From NCBI GenBank assembly GCA_035084275.1, contig CM068745.1, forward strand, positions 35,092,001-35,156,000: 64,000 nt of DNA, in the 5' to 3' direction. This document shows positions 52,162 through 63,976 of the stretch, one piece after another (the stretch's first letter is position 1; each line of letters begins with the position of its first letter). The stretch comes from Hydrolagus colliei. Lineage: Eukaryota. A program made the translations under genes and the position numbers. The notes beneath the pieces are model-generated. The model saw only the letters and a list, made by a program, of their open reading frames with translations. It did not search any database and was not told where the DNA came from.

Positions 52162-52478
52162 TGAAACAAAAACAGAAATAGCTGGGAACACTCAGCTGGT
52201 CTGGCAGCATCTATGGAGAAAGGAAAATGAATCAACGTTTCGGATCCACGACCCTTTGTCAGAACTTTGGATAATATTGGGTAATGCGGAATATTGGTCA
52301 CTCAATCCACGACTGTTTGTGGGACACTGCTGTGCGCAATTGGCTGCCGCGGTTCGCTCATCAAACATAGTCAAATCACTTGACAGTACAGTATATTCTG
52401 TGAAGCGCTTTGAGACATCTCAAAGATGTGATAAGGCGCGATAATTATATCAAAAGAAAATCATTTGCACCACTTTGC
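52162..52478. mobile_element. Chimeric Penelope-pLTR(-)/SINE-tail(+) element, copy 2
   Basis: Same architecture and junction as 12775-13085. Confidence 0.8.
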
Positions 52479-53499
52479 AAATGATCTGTTCTGAAAGCTG
52501 TTTGCGCTGGTTGAATTCAGTTCCACACAAAGGGGGGAATATACAACGTCAGAAAGCTACAATGTTTCAATGTATTTAGATCACCAGCCAGTTTCTGCTG
52601 ATCCTGCCAGACCTGTTGAGCAACATTTTGTTCACAGCTAGATGAGCCACATGAAAGTCAGCCAGATTTGTTTCTGTGAGCTCTTGTAAGGTGAAAAGGC
52701 TTGGGGGGAAAAGATCCCACCCATACGTAGCATTCACTGCTCATGTCTCATTGTTTCACGGTGTTATTTGATCTGGAGATTCATTGTTGTTTATTGTAGC
52801 AAAATAAATCAGCTTTCGCCTCATTTTTTACTGGGTACATAATTTGAGGAGTCCTGAGTAGTTTAGTGGTTGGAGCATTCGCCTCACAAGCGAGAAAATC
52901 TAGGTTAGATTCCCAGCAGGGTGAAATGTTAGGCAAGTTTCCTTATTCCACAAGCTTCTGTGCTTCATCACATCAAGGCTCGACTATGGAAACTCCCTCC
53001 TCATTAGCCTTCTTGGCTCTTCCCTTCACAAGCTGCAAATGATCCACAATTCTGCTCCATGACCACATCACTCCCACCCTCGCCCGGCTCTATTGGCTTC
53101 CCACCCCCCCAGAGAATTGAATTCAAGAACCTGCCCACGACCCACCCCCATTCAGGGGGCTCCGGTCTGCTCCATGTCCCCCACCCGACCCACCCTACCA
53201 TAAGTGGATGGACTTTCACCCTCTCTGCTCCCACACTCTGGAACTCTTTCTCCCATCCTCCCATCTCTCTCTCCCCCTTCCAACTCTCTCCCTCCCCCCT
53301 ATCGTGCATCTGCCCCTTGCTCAGGTCCCGACCTGACTCTTCAGCCCTTCGTCTTCTAGATGTCTCAAAGTGCTTCACAGAATGTACTGTAAAGTGAATT
53401 GACTGTAAATTTGTGAGCAAAACATGGCAGCTAATTGTACACTACAGTGTCCCACAAAGTCGTGGATTGAAGTGACCAATTTGTTTCCTCCCTCACTCT

Positions 53500-55335
53500 C
53501 CTCCATACTCTTGATTCCCTTGCCCCCCTCACCTTCTGAACCACCCCATATTCATAAACCTCACCTTGGTTCACCAGCCACCTCTACTCCCTCAAGGGTC
53601 AGGTGTGGGATGAACATACCTGGCTCAAATCTGGCCTACGCCCCATCAGTATATTTGGCTGGATAACACCAAAACATACCGCTCCACTCTCGCCTCCGCC
53701 AAATCGTCCTTCTACTCCAAGATTATCTTGGAGGTGAAGGGCAACCCTAGGCTCCTATTCTCCACAAACCAACCAGCTCCTCAGTCCATGCCTCGCCTAC
53801 TCTCTCCTCTAAATCTCATTGTGAGGAGATGCTGGATTTCCTCAAGTCCAAAATTGAGAGAACCTGCTCAGCTGCCTCTGCCCTCCCAAATGCCACTCCT
53901 TCCCCATCTCCAAGCTCCCTTTTCTTTCCAAGGTCCTTGAAAGAGTAATTGCTTCACAACTTCGCTCTTTCCTGTCCTCCCACTCCCTTCACAAGTCCCC
54001 CCAATTGGGCTTCCATGCTGTTCACAGGACAGAAACTGCTCTGGTCAAGGTCACAAATGATATCTTGTCCATCTGTAACCAAGACTCCCTCTGCCTCCTC
54101 GACCACTCTGCAGCCTTTGACATTGTGGAACACTCAATCCTTCTCCACCATCTCTTCTATCATCTTAACATTCAAGGTTTTGTCCTTAACTGGTTCAGGT
54201 CGTATCTCTCACACTGTCTTCACTTTGTCTCTGCCACCGGTTCCCACACAGTCTTGTGCAGTGTTCCTCGGGGCTCTAGCCTCGGTCCCCTCCTCTTGAA
54301 TCTCTACATGCTACCACTTAGTGACATAATCCAAAGACACAGAGTAAATTCCCACATGTACACAGATGACATCCAACTCTATCTCTCCCCCTCCACCCTC
54401 AATTCCAGGGCTACTGAACATCCTGCCAGACTGCATGTCAGACATCGAGTCCTGGAAGAGACAACTTTCTACAGCTGAACATCAGCAAAACAGAGGCCCT
54501 CCTGATTGGCTCGTGCCAGCGCCTCCACACTTCAGGCACTGGCAGCATCAGAATCCACAGATGTACACTCCACCTCACCAAGCCAGTAAGGAACCTGGGT
54601 GTCCTATTTGATCCTGTATTGTCCTTTCTCCCCCATATCCATGCCACGGCCAGCACTGTCTTCCACCATCTCCGCAACATCGCCGGTCTCTGCCACTGCT
54701 TCCCCCTCAGGTCGCTGAAACTCTTACATACACATTTGTCACCTCAAGGCTCAACTACAGCAACTCCCTCTTTGTCAGTCTCACCAACTCTTCCCTCCAC
54801 AAGCTGCAGATCATCCAAAACTCTGCAACTTATGGCCCCTCCCTCACCAGGCTCTGCGACCCCATCATCTCCAACCATGTCAAGCTCCACTTGCTCCCAA
54901 TCCATCAGAGGATCGAATTCAAGTTCTTGATCTTCACCTTCAAGATCCTCCATGGCCTTGCCACTCCTACCTTCCTGACCTGCTGATCCCCAATCAACTT
55001 GCCCGCTCCCTCCGATTGGCAGGCTCTGCCCTGTTCCATGTCCCTCATCTGATTCACCCTACCATTGGTGACCAGGCTTTTAGCCTCTCTGCTCACATGC
55101 TCTGAAACTCCATCCCACAATCTCTTTGCCTTACTCCCTCCCTTGCCTCCTCCAAGGCAGGTCTCAAGACCCTCCTTTTTGACTGTGCCTTCAACCACCA
55201 TCCCAATTCTCTGCCTTCCCTCATCCCAACCTTGGCCCCCACTCTCACCGCATGCTCGGGTTCTGACCCCTGACTATTCAGCTCCTTAGGACATCCTCCT
55301 GACGGAATAGGCAAGTATAATTTGCTTGTTGTTTC
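53500..55335 (+). mobile_element. Degenerate 5'-truncated L2-clade LINE
   Basis: Frameshifted RT motifs GF...H.TETALVKVTND, LDHSAAFDIV, WFRSYLS, VPRGSSLGPLL, MYTDDIQLY. Typical L2 3' end shared with many short fragments in the window. Confidence 0.92.
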
Positions 55336-55979
55336 TTGAGGGATTATTATCAGGGGTGTGGAGTAAGGAAACTTGTTCAAGGTTTCGCCCTGCTGGGAAC
55401 CAAACCCAGGTCTCTTGCATGTTAGGTCAGTGCTGTAACCACTGAGCGACAGGATTCCAGTTGCTTCAACATTATGAGTTGCTTCAGGTTACAGGTTTGT
55501 CTCAGGAGTCAAACTTGTAATGTAAGAGGCATTTCATAGGTTCAAATTTAGTTCATAGGTGAGAAGGATTTAGGAGTGTAGCCGCTATTAGAATGAGCTA
55601 CACAAGCCAATGTTACTTCTCAAGCTGCACCCTTGACAGTGGAAAACAGATTCCGATTAATTTGCAGACACCCTAAACTCAAGCCAACTCCCTTCACTTC
55701 AAGAGAAATAGGCACACCCAGTTAATCATGTTAAAGGGACAGATATCACCCAGAGGCAGCAGTACGAAACATTGCATTCAATCAAGTCAGATCATGGTTT
55801 CTTGACATAACATTATTTAGAATTGTACATTAGAAACATTCATCAGTATAATTTTTATGACATTAGCCATTAAATCCAAATTGACAATACTATTTGTGCA
55901 ATGCTCCATTGAAACAGAGGCTACCTTCAGAGATAAATAGGAAAGCAATCAAGTCATGCTGGTATTTTCCAAATTTAGG

Positions 55980-56450
55980 AGTGCCTATAAGACTCACCTA
56001 AAATGTTTATTGATGTGTTGTATCAGACGGAGCACAAACAGTAGAACTCACATGAGTCAGGAGGGAGGCGGAGTTTTGAATCGGTTGAATTTTTTGAATG
56101 GTAGAGCAGGGGAGAATGTCAAGGAGGGTGTTTGAGTAGTCGAGGCACGAGGTTGATGAGGGTGTGGATGAAAGTTTGGGCAATGCAATGTACTGGAGGT
56201 AGAGGAAAGCAGTGCTGGCCAGGGCAAAGCGCGGAGGTACTGATCAGGAACCAGATTTGGGGTGCAAAGGAAAGCTAGGGATTGAAACTGGCAGGTAGGT
56301 TGCACACAGGGTTTGACGAGTCTTAGATCAGGGAGGGTAAGGAGGTCTGAACCACAGGAGAGAAGATGTTGACGGGATCTAAAGAGTATGTCTTGTCAAC
56401 ATATTGTACTCATCCAGGGCTTCATATCTATTAGACAAGCTGACAGAACA
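55980..56450 (-). mobile_element. Probable L2 LINE internal fragment
   Basis: Pyrimidine-rich reverse strand with degenerate L2-like coding sequence. Confidence 0.45.
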
Positions 56451-56454
56451 TCTG

Positions 56455-57230
56455 TGGCAAAAACAGAACTCGCTGGGAAAACTCAGCAGGTCAGGCAGCA
56501 TCCATAGAGAAAGAAAAGTGAATTAACGTTTCGGGTGCACGACCTTTCATCAGAACTGGGGTATGTTGGGAGGTACATGTTTTTAAGGACAAGTTAGAGA
56601 GGGCAAGGCAGAACAAGGTTTTTGTTTATAATAATCCTTGCATTCGATATAGCGCTTTTCATATCTTCTGGAGACAAAGGGAAAAATGTGTTAATTGATG
56701 GGCTAAATAGGTGATAATGGTGTGAAGCAAAAGGGGGTGGGTTTAATCAAAACTGGGGAGAAGAGGTGTTAATGTTGTAGAGCAGACGAACACCAGAGAG
56801 GCAAGGGGTGTCTGGAGTGATAATTATAATGGGGGAGGGGAAGCTCTTATGGCCTGAAGTGGCTGAAATCAATATTGTGGCCAGAGGGCTGTAGGGTCCT
56901 CAGTAGATACATAAGATGCTGTTCCTCAAACTTTTGCTGTGGGTCACTGGATCAGCACAGCAGACCATGGATGGAGAGATTAGCCTCTAATGTGAGTGTG
57001 AGTTGAAATGGAGGGAGACCGGAAGATCAGGGTTGACCTTGCGTCCAGAACGAAGGTGCTCTGCAAATCGGTCTCCCAATCTGTGCTTAGTCTCCCCAAT
57101 ATAGAGACCACATCGTGAGCAGCGGATACATTATGCTACATTGGTGGTAGTATATGTGAATCGCTGTCTTTCATGGAAGTTGTGTTTTGGTCCTTGGAGA
57201 GTTGTCTGGGTGGAGGTGTGGACTGGGAGT
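56455..57230 (-). mobile_element. Penelope-like element (GIY-YIG endonuclease remnant plus pLTR)
   Basis: Reverse strand reads QRFTYTTTNVA*CIRCSRCGLYIGETKHRLGDRFAEHLRS...PDLPVSLHFNSHSH...FEEQHLMYLLRTLQPSGHNIDF. Ends in the pLTR tail gatgctgcctgacctgctgagttttcccagc. Confidence 0.9.
56525..56553 (-). ncRNA. Putative minimal hammerhead ribozyme (second copy)
   Basis: Reverse strand agttCTGATGAaaggtcgtgcacccGAAACGTTaatt. Core is intact; stem II carries two substitutions. Confidence 0.5.
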
Positions 57231-57319
57231 CATTATGTTCATGAGTCAAGTCCAGCCACCAACCTATGTTTGCCAATTCAAGAGTACATAATGACAACAA
57301 TAATAATCCTTGCTCTGTC

Positions 57320-57420
57320 ATGTTCTGATGAAGGGTCGTGGACCCGAAACGTTGACTCACTTTTCTTTCTCCATAGATGCTGCGTGACCTGCTGAGTTTT
57401 CCCAGCAACTTCTGTTTTTG
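57320..57420 (+). mobile_element. Penelope pLTR copy with minimal hammerhead motif
   Basis: Inverted copy of 56457-56556. Contains CTGATGA-a-GGGTC-gtg-GACCC-GAAACGTT. Confidence 0.8.
57325..57353 (+). ncRNA. Putative minimal type I hammerhead ribozyme
   Basis: Core CUGAUGA and GAAA boxes flank a perfect 5-bp stem II (GGGTC/GACCC). Stem III is palindromic (AACGTT). Stem I is short (gtt/gac). Confidence 0.6.
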
Positions 57421-57704
57421 TTTATAATAATCCTTGCATTTGATATAGTGCTTTTCACATCTTCTGGACGTCTCAAAGAGCTTCACAGAATATACTGTAA
57501 AATGAATTGACTGTATATATGTGGGCGAAACATGGCCACCAATTGCACATAGCAGTGTTTCACACAAACAGTTATGGATTGAAATAACCAATTTATTATT
57601 TTTTTCATTAAGGAAACTTGCCCAAGGTTTCACACAGACCTGCCTGCAATCGAACCAGGTCTCTCGTTTAAGGCAAGTGCTCTAACCACTGAGCTTCAGG
57701 ACTC
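57421..57704 (-). mobile_element. tRNA-derived SINE
   Basis: Reverse-complement copy; its tail abuts the Penelope pLTR at 57420. Confidence 0.85.
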
Positions 57705-58219
57705 AACACAACTCCCCCCGAACATCAACAGCATGCATTTATATAGTGCCACTCATGCAGGGCTATTACTCACACCTTATTCAAAAAAATACAAGCAAAA
57801 AGACCCCTACTTTGACTCACCTCCTTGGAATCTATATGTTGGTCAGACAATTTACAACTGTGGGCTTTAGCTATCACTAGTGGGGAGTCTAAATTTGCTC
57901 TGTAGCATTTTAGAGGATCCACAATATGGCAAATTCAAAACTAGTCTCAATTGCAAAGCTTGTTTTATCTTTCTGTTTTTTTTTATATAAAAGAACTACA
58001 GAAAAACTACAGTACTAGGTTGAGACCGAATTCAATAATTTGCCAAAGAAAAACTTCAAGCACCAGTTTTCAGTGACATCCTTCAGGAACAATAACCAGT
58101 TTCATAGCGAGGTTTGAGGCTTGGACTATTTCATCACACCTCCCATCCCCCGGCCCCCCAAACAAACCCCAGCAAACCATTGGACATCCGTGTTTCTCAG
58201 CAAATAAAGGTTTGAATAC

Positions 58220-58225
58220 TTTATT
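58220..58225 (-). terminator. Candidate UPK1B polyadenylation signal
   Basis: AATAAA on the - strand about 1.1 kb after the stop, followed by GT-rich sequence. Confidence 0.5.
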
Positions 58226-59336
58226 TAATAAAATTAAGTTTCCAGTATAACAGGCTTAAACTACAATGATCAAGCCCTGCACACTTATAATGTACATTAT
58301 ATATTACATGTTTAGTACTCAAGCAGTGATTAGCTTATTAAGCATAAGAATGATACTGAACCTGACAAGCAACCTGAATTCTTAATGCACTTTTCTACAA
58401 AAAAAATCAAGAATCCTAATCCACATTAAATACAATACTACAATCGGATGCAGTGAGCAAGAATACAAAAGAACACTTCAATTTAATAGAACTTGTTGTT
58501 TTGTGATCATTTTATTTACTATAGTATCATCATGGTTTGAAGTTTCTTAAGGTATAAATTCAGATATTCATAACTAGCTTCAAGAAAATTAATCCATAAA
58601 GCTGTACATTATGGAACAAGCCTTCTGTCCACCACGCCTGTCTCTGAAACCACAATTTTAAAATTGCTTGGAGTGTGTGTGAGTGACGGGGGGGGGGGAG
58701 AGGGGTAACAAGGAGAAAGAATAGAAGGGTGATCTAGGAAGCTATGAATTTTATGTTCCCAAATAAGCTCCAGAACAAGGAATCTGCATTGTATTTAACA
58801 AAGTCCTTTCTAAGCAAGGTTTGAGAAAGCTGAAGTAGTGGAAGATTGGGTGCATTCTTCAATCATCTTTTCAAAGGCCACTTACCATTTTTCCCAACTA
58901 CATAGAATGAATTTCCTACAGATTTTAGAACATTTCTAGACTCTCATTATAACTATCTCAAGTGAAATGGGTGGGAGGGAGAATCTCAATTTCTGAATGG
59001 CAACTGCAGCATCAAACTAATGATCAACCCAATATAGTTAAAAACGATTAATTGATATGAGCTTTGTTAAAAGGCTACTGTGATGGTTTTAGAAAGGAAA
59101 CAAGTTTTGAAAACAAGTACAATGGCAGCCATAGTTCAACCATTTCTAAAAAAGAGACTAAATACAACCATTTCTTTAAGTCAACAAATGGAGATATGAG
59201 GTTGAAGCCAACTTAAAAAAACACGATTTGAAATACTTCACAGGTTCAGGCACAATTACGCTGTCCTCAGTATTGCCACACATGATGGTTGTTGTAATCA
59301 AATTTTATACAAGTTTATAGAGGAAGCTAACAGGAT

Positions 59337-59387
59337 TTAATTTTCCAGAACTGCATAATAGTACATTGTTCCAACAAGGACAAAGAA
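59337..59387 (-). CDS. UPK1B: Uroplakin-1b terminal coding exon
   Basis: Strong polypyrimidine tract plus cag. Encodes FFVLVGTMYYYAVLEN*, same length as mammalian FWVLLGTMFYWSRIEY*. Confidence 0.9.
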   Translation of the reverse strand, partial: FFVLVGTMYYYAVLEN

Positions 59388-60000
59388 CTGAAAAAGAAAA
59401 AGGAAAACAGTCAATAACCAGCATACATTTCTCATATTTTATAAACTACATGTTTACTAAAAGAAACTCTGGCTTTTAAACATTCACTTAGGTAAAAGGC
59501 ATTTCCCCATAACCTATTGGGTTAATCTTGAAACTATTTTATTGGAAAGCTGCAGTCATCACACTGGTGTATGGCCAATGCTTTCTCTTCCTCAACACTG
59601 ACAAAATTACATTTATGCTATAGTCTTGACCCTCTGAGTTAGGCAATTACAGCAAGGGCAGCAATTGAATTTCAATCAACATCAGTGCCCCTGGGTTAAG
59701 GAAAGGAAATAATGGCTAAGCTTTCCATTCCCAATCCAAGAACTTCTTTCTGAAGTAAACAAACTCAGAGTTCCTATGAGTTGTGTGATCTACTTGGTTA
59801 CTTAAGAAGTATTCTGATCCTTAAAGTATCTGGTTAGAAATGAATGCACATCAACGCACCACTGTCAAGGTTCATATATGAATTCTCATTTGGATGGGGC
59901 ACTATGGGATGACCATTAACTGCAGAATTAGAATCCAAAAGAAGGGACAAAGCTTCACGAGTAAAAACAAAATGACCAGTATTTCACAAAATAATTTGTG

Positions 60001-60299
60001 GAGTCCTGCAGATCAGTGGTTAGAGCACTCGCCTTAAAAAGCGAGAGACCTGGGTTCAATTCCAGGCAGGGCGAAACCTTGGGAAAGTTTCTTTACTCCA
60101 TATGCCCAATATTAATCCCTCAAGAAAAAAACAATAATAATTTGGTCATTTCAATCGGCTGTTGGTGTGACACTGCGCAATTGGCTGCCTACAATTCACC
60201 TACAAATATAGTCAATTCACGTTACAGAATATTGTATGAATTGCTTGGAGATATCCAGAAGATGTGAAAAGTGCTATATCAAATGCAGGATTATTATTA
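60001..60299 (+). mobile_element. tRNA-derived SINE in the last UPK1B intron
   Basis: gagtcctgcagatcagtggttagagcactcgcc...gggttcaattcc...gcaggattattattat. Confidence 0.88.
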
Positions 60300-60370
60300 T
60301 TTGTGCTAGTATAATGCATTAACTAGTAGTAATATTTATACTCAATATTGAAGTTAAAGAAAACACTTAC

Positions 60371-60454
60371 AGTCCAACAAAGGATTGCAAATCCAAACCA
60401 TGCTACACCCCAAGCATGTCTGTTCAGTGGACCAACAATTGATTCAAAGCAACC
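60371..60454 (-). CDS. UPK1B: Uroplakin-1b exon (end of EC2, TM4)
   Basis: tcacag acceptor. Encodes GCFESIVGPLNRHAWGVAWFGFAILCWT, near-identical to mammalian UPK1B as I recall it. Donor gtaagt. Confidence 0.96.
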
Positions 60455-60702
60455 CTGTGACAACGAAACAAGAAACTCATTAGAGAAATACTGAAAGTCA
60501 TGCTTCTTTTCAGCAACAGATTAACATAATCCTAAAAATAATTAATACTATAGTTTTGATGAAATCCAAATGAAAATCAATGTACATTATATAAAAGCGA
60601 GCTTCTGCAACAGAGTCATTTTCGCTCTGGAGGAAGAGAAATGATTCAGATTCTATTCAGCAACAAGTGATAACATTGTAATAGAAAGATCATTCACACT
60701 AC

Positions 60703-60882
60703 CTGGGTATAAACATAGCCAGTAACACCAAGCTTGCAGGAATTTATATCCGTTATCTGGGCAACTGAGTTAGTTGTGCAACACTGTCGTGGCCAGGGGA
60801 AGTCAGCATCTGAGTTACTTTCTCTGAATGAGGAATTGAAATTAATCCAGTCCTGTGGTCCGTTTATACCACAGCAGTTATT
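60703..60882 (-). CDS. UPK1B: Uroplakin-1b exon (CCG motif, EC2)
   Basis: ttttag acceptor. Encodes NNCCGINGPQDWINFNSSFRESNSDADFPWPRQCCTTNSVAQITDINSCKLGVTGYVYTQ with the tetraspanin CCG and PxxCC motifs. GT donor. Confidence 0.96.
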
Positions 60883-61094
60883 CTAAAACAAAGAAAACAA
60901 GTTACTTCATTTAAACATATTCATAGGAAGATATCTTTTGCAGATTACATTCAGTATGACTAAGACACAAAAAAAGAGACACAGTTATTCCACAACCAAA
61001 GTGTGTGAGTGTCTTGATCTTTACGGAACGTCCTCCCAATGTGAAATGTCCTATACAAATGTAATTTTGTTGTTATTTAATTAACTATTTTAGG

Positions 61095-61350
61095 GACAAA
61101 ATACTGCAGCCAATTGGACAAAAGCAGTGTCCCACAAATAGCCATGGATTGATTGACCAAATTCTTTTTGTAGAGATCATCACCCCAAAAGCGATCCATC
61201 AATCAACTAACAACTGGATTCCTACTCACTGCTAGATCAAGAGGCGGAAACTTGGAGTAAGGAAACTTGCTTAATATTTCGCCTCAGCAGGGAATCAAAC
61301 CCAGGTCCTCTCACTTGCGAGGAGACCTAACCATAACACTACAGGATTCC
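61095..61350 (-). mobile_element. tRNA-derived SINE (long variant)
   Basis: Shares the extra central segment (caactaacaactggattcct) with 1340-1440. Confidence 0.75.
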
Positions 61351-61684
61351 ATAAATGGCCACTCACTTTCCCTTCCTTCTCCCCACCCTACCTAGAGTAC
61401 ACAAATCAACATGCTCATCCCAGTATCATGGATGAAGAAATGAAACTATGTGCTTACCTTGAAACTCTATTCTACACTAGATAGATTTGCGAAAGATTAG
61501 AATTTCAAATCTTGGTGATATCAAGATTGGATTTGGCTCTATGTATTTTGTGACCTAATATCCTACTTGGTTGCTTCAATCCATATCCTGTCACAATTCA
61601 AAGTATTATTGCATCCAAGTCAGAAGATTGTGGGATAAACTTCATGACATAGCATTGAACTCTCTTAATCTAGGACTACCCTCC

Positions 61685-61995
61685 AGTACACTGCTGGAGG
61701 CTAGTGAATTATTTGTGGTGCTGTCCTTCAATGAGATATTAAAACTGAGGCTCCTATTACGCCAGTTCAGATGGATGTTAAAAATCCAATGGCACTATTC
61801 AAAGCATGAAGGGAGTTTCTCCCAATGCCCAGGACAACAATCACCCAAACAAAGTCAGAGACATACACAATGGATGTTTGTGAGTCATTACTGCAAATAA
61901 ATGGACTGTCCACAAAACACAAATTCACTATATTTTACAGATTATCTTGTGATGCAGTTTGAGAATGTACTGAACCAGATGCAAGGATTATTATA
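61685..61995 (+). mobile_element. Old DeuSINE-like element
   Basis: Deu-domain-like gtgctgtccttcaatgagatattaaaactgagg...ggatgttaaaaatccaatggcactattcaaag...gggagtttctccc. Weaker relics at about 280, 25590, 28160, 30405 (+) and 37010, 48740 (-). Confidence 0.65.
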
Positions 61996-62456
61996 CAACA
62001 AAACATGGCAGCAAATACCACCATTCAAATTCACACATTCATTTAAAATGGATTAATCATGAACAAGGCATACATTATTTCCGTTCATGGGTAGGGAAAA
62101 TTATCCTAGGTAGAAATCATCAACTTCCACCTTTATAGAGCAAATTGCACTCTTTTAGATTTTAATTCAGTTAGTATCTTATAATGCAACTTATTAGCAT
62201 CAAATCCAGCATATAAACATTAAAGTTGGGTCAGGGATTCCTAATGGGAATGTAGAGAGAAAAAAAAACATGAAAAACAGCCATTGAGCATTCTGATGTA
62301 GGAAAGATGACATTTAATACCTCAGCAATTCCTTTGGGATAGCTCAGAATTTATAGTTTTTAAATGTATTCCACTTGACAATTCTGTCCCTAAATATTAT
62401 AAATGTCTAAATATCATGCTTCAAGATGTCTGGCCACTTTACACTGAATTACTTAC

Positions 62457-62579
62457 CTCCGGCATGATACGTTTCCAGGCATTGGTCAAGCCTACATAAT
62501 TTTTGAATTGTGCGTCACTCTGCCAGTTTTTGTTTTCATACAACTGGAGCATTTGTTTGAGGAAGAAGTTTGGAATAAA
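62457..62579 (-). CDS. UPK1B: Uroplakin-1b exon (large extracellular loop start)
   Basis: ttgcag acceptor. Encodes FIPNFFLKQMLQLYENKNWQSDAQFKNYVGLTNAWKRIMPE, similar to FTPNLFLKQML...TKTWDRLM. Donor gtaagt. Confidence 0.94.
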
Positions 62580-63901
62580 CTGCAAACAAAGTATGGAACA
62601 ATTTAATGTGATTTTCTCTTGCACAATTTCAAATAAATGTTGCTAACTCAAAGATTTTCTGATGGATGCAACCATGAAAGAAAAATTGGGAGGCAATAAT
62701 GTCAACTAATTTTTAGCACAAATTTTATCAAACTAAAAAATTGTTGCCAATGCCAGCCTTAGTTTTCCTGGTTTTGAAAGTTTATCCAAAGTTGCTACAC
62801 ATCCATTTGATCCAGTTTCTCTTGATCCACACCATTTATTTCCATACAACCACCAAGTCTTTCACTTGTCCATTCCATTGAAAGGGCAAGTTTGAATTTA
62901 TTTTCCTCTTAATTTTGCGCAAAAAGTTAAATGGGCTATAAACAATATATTATGCACAATAGCTAAAGTAATTGGACTGGAGTTATTGGATCAGTATCAA
63001 GTGTGGTGAATAACAGGACAGATTTGGACATTATCACTGGAAAAAGGAGAAAATTTGAAAATATCTTCAAGCCAAGGGTTGTTTTAGAAGCAAAAGGCTG
63101 CACCACAAAGTGTTGAAAAGTTCATAAATGTACATAAAGCAGGAATTGGGAGAGAATGGATTAATGTGAAAGAGGAAGGGGTATGGGATCTAAAATTGGT
63201 AAGTTCGGTGAAACACCTGGTACAGGAATGTTTGGCTAACTAGCACAGACATAATTACCTGAAGATCTCAGTCTATGATGTAGACCTTATTTAATTCTAT
63301 GAAGCACTGCGTTGCACAATCATTCGATATCAAAAATGTATCTATAGATAAAGCGCCAAAGTTCATATTCACTACAATGCGAGAATTTTACATAATGTGG
63401 CTTTGGGCAAGGAGAACTAAGTTTAGATTTTAAAAAGGTAGGAGGTTGGAATGTTATTGCTGTTTTGAGGATGATTGGTGTGAGAGAAAAGAGACAGAGA
63501 GTGAAAGAGTATTTAAGTTGTCACACTACAAGCCTTTTTGTGCATCACTCACGAGTTCAACCACTGTCATGGAAGAGCCTCCAGGTACAGAAACAATATT
63601 CAAGTCTTCAACATAATTCTCCTTTATTAAGAGTTAACTGTCCTTTGATATTTATCAATGTAAAAGATGTAAAATCACAATTTGGAGACAAGAATACAAA
63701 TAGCAAAGAGAAGAGGCAGCAAAGGTGGCAATTGTTTGCTAGACTTGCAAGGCAAAGTAAAACATGGTCGGAAAAATTGAAACAAGGATCAAATGCCCTC
63801 TCCCTCCCATTAAAGGGTTATATGGTGCTTCAGAGAAATAACTGCAATTTCGTTCTAAACATATTCTCTAGCATAGAGAAACTATAGGTACAGGTACTTA
63901 C

Positions 63902-63976
63902 AAAATCCCGGTGTGTTGCAGCTGTGATACAGGATGCTACTTCGAAAATGAAGACAATTATCATCAAAATTAAATA
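63902..63976 (-). CDS. UPK1B: Uroplakin-1b internal exon (TM3)
   Basis: Reverse strand: tttcag acceptor, YLILMIIVFIFEVASCITAATHRDF, gtaagt donor. Matches UPK1B FEVASCITAAT. Upstream exons lie beyond the window. Confidence 0.93.

Noticed and set aside
58230-58280. Alternative UPK1B last exon (…LLYWKLNFIK*)
   Set aside because: Weak acceptor. 59337-59387 matches the expected length and sequence much better, so this region is likely 3' UTR.
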